64,000 bases of DNA from Candidatus Bathyarchaeia archaeon. Its GTDB lineage: Archaea > Thermoproteota > Bathyarchaeia > Bathyarchaeales > Bathycorpusculaceae. The notes below the pieces were generated by a model. That model was given only the letters and a program-made list of their open reading frames with translations. It did not search any database and was not told the DNA's origin. The position numbers and the translations under genes were made by a program. Positions 59,220 to 64,000 of this stretch are shown here, piece after piece (position 1 is the stretch's first letter; every line of letters starts with the position of its first letter). The stretch is from the NCBI GenBank assembly GCA_038882955.1, contig JAVZNC010000003.1, forward strand, positions 1 through 64,000, given 5' to 3'.

Positions 59220-62201
59220 ATGAAAATGGAAAGAAGAAAGAAAATACTATCAATTTTGCTAATAGCAACAATCGCAGCAACACTCCTAACAACAACAATC
59301 TTCATAAAAACAACAGAAGCCACAGATCCCTCAAGCTGGTACATGACAGTAAACGGCGTACTTGCCACAGACTATTACTCGCTATACCCATTCAAAACCG
59401 ACAAAAGCCTAAAAATAGGCTTCTCAAAGTTCGGCGAAATGATCGACAGCAGCACAAACGTTGGTTTAGAATACCGTGACAGAGACGCATTTGCACCAGC
59501 AGCCGGCTCTAGTGTCCCAACAGAAATTGCAAAGCATAAGTGGATGAGCGGTTGGCTAATCAACATAACATACATGTCAACATCTGGCATAAGAAACATT
59601 TGGGCTATGGCTCAGCACGCTGACTTGGTGACTTATGGAAACAATTGGATACGCGTCCACAGCGGATACGGCTATGAAGGCGCGTTAACCGAGGCTGATG
59701 AAGATCCTAAAGACCCTGGAAAACTAATTAGCACTGGTACAGGCCCATATAACGGTGGGAGAAAAACCAATGGTACAGCAATAACAGAAGACATAATTGT
59801 CCTTTATAATGGTCCAAGAATGTTTGTTGCACGCACTGTTACGCACATTTATGACTGGGACCCATCATGGACTGAGGATGAACCGCTCGTGGATGTTGTT
59901 TTCACGTTCATCTTCAACAAGGTTAAGAAAGAGGTTATGGTGATAAAGGACATTAAAGAAGTTACAACAAAATTCGTTTTCGGACAGTTAACAGTGCCAG
60001 GGACAGCAGAGCAAAACGCAACCGTTAATGGCGCATTAATACAGTTCAGTAACAGAGGAGAATGGGATATTGGGCCAGCAAACACCTACGACAGCTACGT
60101 GCACTTCTACAGGGCTGCAAATGTCACAGAGCTTGCTATGGGCCTATCAACAGTTTACAACGAGGATTATCACTTGAACCCAACACTATATGAGGCACCG
60201 TGGCTTGGCATATCTAGTTATGGGCTCCAGCCTAGTTCTAGCGGAACATATGATGTGGCGCAAATAGTTGCTAAGGATAGGGCCTACGTTGGTTGGGCTG
60301 CCTTCTGGCCTTCAGTTTCAAACTGGCATGTGGATGCTGGCTACCAGAACAAATGGTGGAAATCTTTGAGTTATGGTGAAGATGCTGCTGACACGGCAAT
60401 AGAGCCTTTCATGTCGCCTTACATAATTGGCGAATGGGACTTCGTATTGACGAAAACTCCCGTGGATTCTGGTGGACGCCACTTTGACAGACAGTTTAGA
60501 GGAGTAACAGTTTACGGGTTAACTGACAACTGGAACGGTGATGACGCCAAACGTTCAGGCGGAAGCAATGTTCTAGACCGCGAAGTTTTGTATCAACTTG
60601 ACGAAGTTTTCAATCCGTGGGACTTGTACAGTGCAGTGCACAAGGATACCAAGAGGTGGGTGGAATTCCACACGGTAACGGCGGCTGAATATCAAAATGC
60701 GCAAACAAATCATGTTGACTTGAACATAACATTGACTTACACGCCAGTGAAATACTCTGCAATATGGGAGGAATACTGCAGTTTCAGCGAGAGGGTCGAG
60801 TGGGGAGGCGTCCGCAGAATACCCGTTAGAGCTGCTTGGATCACCTATGACTATGAATTGTACGTTGACGAGAATGGCGTTGGCGTAATAAACATTCCAT
60901 ACAGTAAGGTTCCAGCAGCAGGCACGGTAATAAAAATCCTATACTCAACAGACACTGATTGGGAAAGAACCGAGGAACTGGTCTTTGAATTCTCTGCGGA
61001 CGGCATCAATACGTTGAGCGGCAGAGATTATGAGAATTGGACTGACCCGTTAGGCGTCGCCCACAATGTAGGCATAGATGATATTGACATTAGCGCATCC
61101 ACAGATGCCGAAGAAGATTTTGAAGAAACCTTCACGTTCACCCTGTACGGATGGGAACAAGACTTCAAAGTTTTCAAGAACAGCACCTACCTGTGCAGTT
61201 GGGACTACAGTGAAGAAATGAAACAAGAGAGTACCAACGCGAATGTAACTCTCGAGTTTCTGGATGTTCACTGGCTAATCACAGCGCCTGAAACCGAAGA
61301 TGTTCACATATGGGAATTAGGCTTTAATGCAACAGTGGAAATCACAATAAGCTACAACGCAACAGAAACAGAAATGAACATAACCGTCACCGTAACCCTA
61401 GCGCCACCAGGAGAGTATGTTCCATCAGATGTGTTATACAGTGAAAGTGTTCCAGGACGCTATGAGTGGGTTGTTGTTGGCAATCATTCACGCGCTATAG
61501 ACTCCATAGGCGCAGCAATGGTAGCGGCAGCCTTCAAGAACAAGCAGGTGGAAATCGGCAACGGCGGCTTAGACATGATGGACGTGTGGGGCACCAACGT
61601 GCCATACTTACTCTCTGACATGGGCAATACTACGTGGCGTGCTGGTGGACCCGCATGGACAGACATTTACGACAGCATTGGAAGATTAGCTTACATAGAC
61701 GACTGGTGCACACGCTATCCAGTTTCAACTTCAAACATAATCACAGTGGCCGGTCCATCCGCCAACTTGTTCAGCGAATACTTCAACGAGTTCTCGCAGG
61801 CAATACAGATTTACGGCATAACAAGCGGCAACCTAATAGACGTAATATTTGCGCCCACATGCTGGAACACAACAAAAGCCAGCAACTACCTTGGACAATG
61901 GTACTACAAGAACAGCTGGTGGAACAGCAGCATAACTGGCTACGGTATAGGCGTAATATCAACTTACAAGGACATTAACGGCACGGTGGGCTTCCTAATC
62001 CACGGCTGGAGCGGCGACGACACATACTACACTTGCAAGTGGTTCCACGAGTACGGCATATACTACATGCAACGCTTAAACCGTGGAGTAACAACGCTTG
62101 TGCTACGAATAGACTACACAGAAGACCCACATTATCCAACAGTGACGGTACTCGAACACCTCGGAACAATAAGCGAGAAAATAGAGATACATGACCCATA
62201 A
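59220..62201 (+). CDS. Large secreted glycoprotein, probable S-layer protein
   Basis: Signal peptide; many NxS/T sequons; D.IGAA.V and NIITVAGPSAN motifs; codon bias (AAC, TAC, GAC); isolated promoter and terminator. Confidence 0.65.
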   Translation: MKMERRKKILSILLIATIAATLLTTTIFIKTTEATDPSSWYMTVNGVLATDYYSLYPFKTDKSLKIGFSKFGEMIDSSTNVGLEYRDRDAFAPAAGSSVPTEIAKHKWMSGWLINITYMSTSGIRNIWAMAQHADLVTYGNNWIRVHSGYGYEGALTEADEDPKDPGKLISTGTGPYNGGRKTNGTAITEDIIVLYNGPRMFVARTVTHIYDWDPSWTEDEPLVDVVFTFIFNKVKKEVMVIKDIKEVTTKFVFGQLTVPGTAEQNATVNGALIQFSNRGEWDIGPANTYDSYVHFYRAANVTELAMGLSTVYNEDYHLNPTLYEAPWLGISSYGLQPSSSGTYDVAQIVAKDRAYVGWAAFWPSVSNWHVDAGYQNKWWKSLSYGEDAADTAIEPFMSPYIIGEWDFVLTKTPVDSGGRHFDRQFRGVTVYGLTDNWNGDDAKRSGGSNVLDREVLYQLDEVFNPWDLYSAVHKDTKRWVEFHTVTAAEYQNAQTNHVDLNITLTYTPVKYSAIWEEYCSFSERVEWGGVRRIPVRAAWITYDYELYVDENGVGVINIPYSKVPAAGTVIKILYSTDTDWERTEELVFEFSADGINTLSGRDYENWTDPLGVAHNVGIDDIDISASTDAEEDFEETFTFTLYGWEQDFKVFKNSTYLCSWDYSEEMKQESTNANVTLEFLDVHWLITAPETEDVHIWELGFNATVEITISYNATETEMNITVTVTLAPPGEYVPSDVLYSESVPGRYEWVVVGNHSRAIDSIGAAMVAAAFKNKQVEIGNGGLDMMDVWGTNVPYLLSDMGNTTWRAGGPAWTDIYDSIGRLAYIDDWCTRYPVSTSNIITVAGPSANLFSEYFNEFSQAIQIYGITSGNLIDVIFAPTCWNTTKASNYLGQWYYKNSWWNSSITGYGIGVISTYKDINGTVGFLIHGWSGDDTYYTCKWFHEYGIYYMQRLNRGVTTLVLRIDYTEDPHYPTVTVLEHLGTISEKIEIHDP

Positions 62202-62214
62202 CCGCAAATTCCCA

Positions 62215-62235
62215 ATTTTCTTTTTCCCCTTTTTA
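62215..62235 (+). terminator. Oligo-T archaeal terminator after the S-layer-like gene
   Basis: TTTTCTTTTTCCCCTTTTT shortly after the stop codon. Confidence 0.6.
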
Positions 62236-62243
62236 TAAAACTT

Positions 62244-63545
62244 CTAATGCCTTACTGCACACAACAGCCTTAATATCTCCGAGTCTCTTGATGCAACTTT
62301 CTCCCAAGAAAAGCGCGCAACATAACTCTTGGACGCCAAACTTAAACTTTCACATTCCTGAGCGTTTTTACCCAAAACTTTCAGAATCCGAGACGCTAAA
62401 CCGTCGATGTCCTTAACTGGTACAAGAAAAACGCTTTTGCACTTTCCAAAAACCTCCCTTAAAGCAGGAATATCGTAAGCCACAACTGGCAAACCGCAAG
62501 CCAAAGCCTCAGCAACGGATATACCCCAACCCTCAAAAAGACTTGGAAAAACAAACACTTTACTCTGCTTCAAAAGCTGAAAGAGTTCCACATCTGCGCA
62601 GCGTCCCCTAACAAAAACATTTTTATCCAAACCACAAAGCGCAACCGCCTCCTTAAGCGGCTCAAGCTCTAAACCGCTGCCAACAATCAAGAGTTTAGCG
62701 TCGCTTTTAACCTCAACAACCTTTTTCCAAGCCTCAAGTAAGTCGAAAATGCCCTTCTCTTTGGAGATTCTTCCAACAAAAGCTGCATCATAAATTTTTA
62801 TGTCCTTTGCGTCCTTTGAAAGCTTAACATTCTCGATCAGTTTGGCGTCCACAGCGTTTCCACTAACAAAAATTTCGGCTTTCAAAACTCCGCTGCGCCT
62901 TAAGGATTCGGCAGTAAAACTTGATACTGCAATTATGGCATTCGCCCTTCTCAGCAATATGATTGTAACATGGAAAGCAACAGCCTTAATTAGGGCAACA
63001 GCACGGCTATAGCCAACACTCCTATAACAACCGTAAAGCGAACACGCGCCTTTTCCGCCAACATTCAAAGATGGCAAGTCAATATGATGCACAACAACAC
63101 ATAACTGCCGCCTCAAAATCAAACCTAAAACGGAGCCAGCAAATAGATTTGGAAAAGTGTTATTCGGAACAAATATTATTTGAGGCTTGGCTTTTTTCGC
63201 AAGCTCTAAACCATCTACGACGGTTTTCAAAGCCCACAAAACCCAACAAAAATAGTTGCCAAGCCATCCAACGCCACTCAAACGCAAAGAAACCAAACGC
63301 CTAAAACATTTCATTTCAGAATTTGCCAACAAACTTGGCGAAGACTCCAGAATGCAAAACTTGAAAGCGTCGTTTTCGCAGAGAAGCTTCAAAGTTTCGA
63401 CAAAACGCTTTTCAGCTCCACCTATCGCTGTAACAGAAGTGCTTGGATGAAAAAACACGGCTAAAACGCGAATGCTACCTCCAGTTTTTCTAGTTAGTTC
63501 TGGCGGCGCTGCATAGCAGACTTGCTTTGGTTCTGCCTTTAACAC
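62244..63545 (-). CDS. GT4 glycosyltransferase
   Basis: GGAE, FVGRI..EKG, PSLFEGWGISVAEALACG. Confidence 0.92.
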   Translation of the reverse strand: MLKAEPKQVCYAAPPELTRKTGGSIRVLAVFFHPSTSVTAIGGAEKRFVETLKLLCENDAFKFCILESSPSLLANSEMKCFRRLVSLRLSGVGWLGNYFCWVLWALKTVVDGLELAKKAKPQIIFVPNNTFPNLFAGSVLGLILRRQLCVVVHHIDLPSLNVGGKGACSLYGCYRSVGYSRAVALIKAVAFHVTIILLRRANAIIAVSSFTAESLRRSGVLKAEIFVSGNAVDAKLIENVKLSKDAKDIKIYDAAFVGRISKEKGIFDLLEAWKKVVEVKSDAKLLIVGSGLELEPLKEAVALCGLDKNVFVRGRCADVELFQLLKQSKVFVFPSLFEGWGISVAEALACGLPVVAYDIPALREVFGKCKSVFLVPVKDIDGLASRILKVLGKNAQECESLSLASKSYVARFSWEKVASRDSEILRLLCAVRH

Positions 63546-64000
63546 GCTGCTTCCACATCATCCAACTTTTGAAGAGTTTCCTCAAGAATCTCCAAATGCC
63601 TATCACAAGCGAAGTTTTCCTCAACAAAGCTCCTGGCTGCGGCGGAAAAACCTTCCTTTCCAACATCAACTATCCTCAAAATTTTTTCAGCGAAATCCTC
63701 AACGTCGTAAGGTTTTGCCCTATAACCAGTCTTGCCATCAAAAACAGTTTCGCATGGTCCGCCGTTGTCATCCCAAACTATTGCTGGTGTTCCGCAAGCC
63801 ATAGCCTCAACTGGCCCAAGTCCAAAATCCTCTTTCGGAACAGAATAAGCGTAAACGTCAGCCGCATTATAAAGCTTAACAAGTTCATTTTGAGGTTTAA
63901 AACCCAAAAACTTCACTTTATCCTCTATGCCCAGTTTTCTGGCAATTCTCAAAAGTTTTTCAACATATTGGCTGTTCTCCCTTGAAATTTCACCCGTAAC
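63539..64000 (-). CDS. GT4 glycosyltransferase, C-terminal part (continues past right edge)
   Basis: EDFGLGPVEAMACG; frame open to the window edge. Confidence 0.88.
   Translation of the reverse strand, partial: VTGEISRENSQYVEKLLRIARKLGIEDKVKFLGFKPQNELVKLYNAADVYAYSVPKEDFGLGPVEAMACGTPAIVWDDNGGPCETVFDGKTGYRAKPYDVEDFAEKILRIVDVGKEGFSAAARSFVEENFACDRHLEILEETLQKLDDVEAAC

Noticed and set aside
1-64000. CRISPR arrays, rRNA, tRNA introns, IS elements, and the many short antisense ORFs in the track
   Set aside because: No regularly spaced repeats, rRNA-like sequence, intron insertions or transposase seen; short ORFs are shadows of well-supported genes

Overview
Archaeal chromosomal window. Gene content and style (archaeal-type CODH/ACS cdhABCDE, cofE, tgtA, PAC2, SmAP3-like Lsm, GGTGA/GGAGG Shine-Dalgarno sites, many TTG/GTG starts) suggest a TACK archaeon, probably Bathyarchaeia; this assignment is inference. 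Left to right: the edge of an integrated element (Zn-ribbon tyrosine integrase pointing at tRNA-Phe); tRNA-Val; a putative structured ncRNA; a methylmalonyl-CoA mutase plus biotin carboxyltransferase cluster; tRNA-Gly; the Wood-Ljungdahl CODH/ACS operon with CooC and CooT; a pentameric ligand-gated ion channel homolog; proteolysis, RNA-processing and amino-sugar housekeeping genes; a type IV/Tad-like pilus locus; and a surface-glycosylation/S-layer locus. Best candidates for undescribed biology: (1) a soluble archaeal methylmalonyl-CoA:pyruvate transcarboxylase with unusual docking modules (BCCP with a fourfold-repeated N-terminal motif, 5S-like subunit with a delta/epsilon-like tail); (2) an archaeal pLGIC with a glycine-receptor-like M2 helix; (3) a ~1530-aa GT2/GT-C-like/discoidin fusion next to a likely S-layer gene; (4) a promoter-bearing hairpin sRNA; (5) nearly leaderless minor pilins. 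All calls come from motif recognition by eye; no database searches were run.
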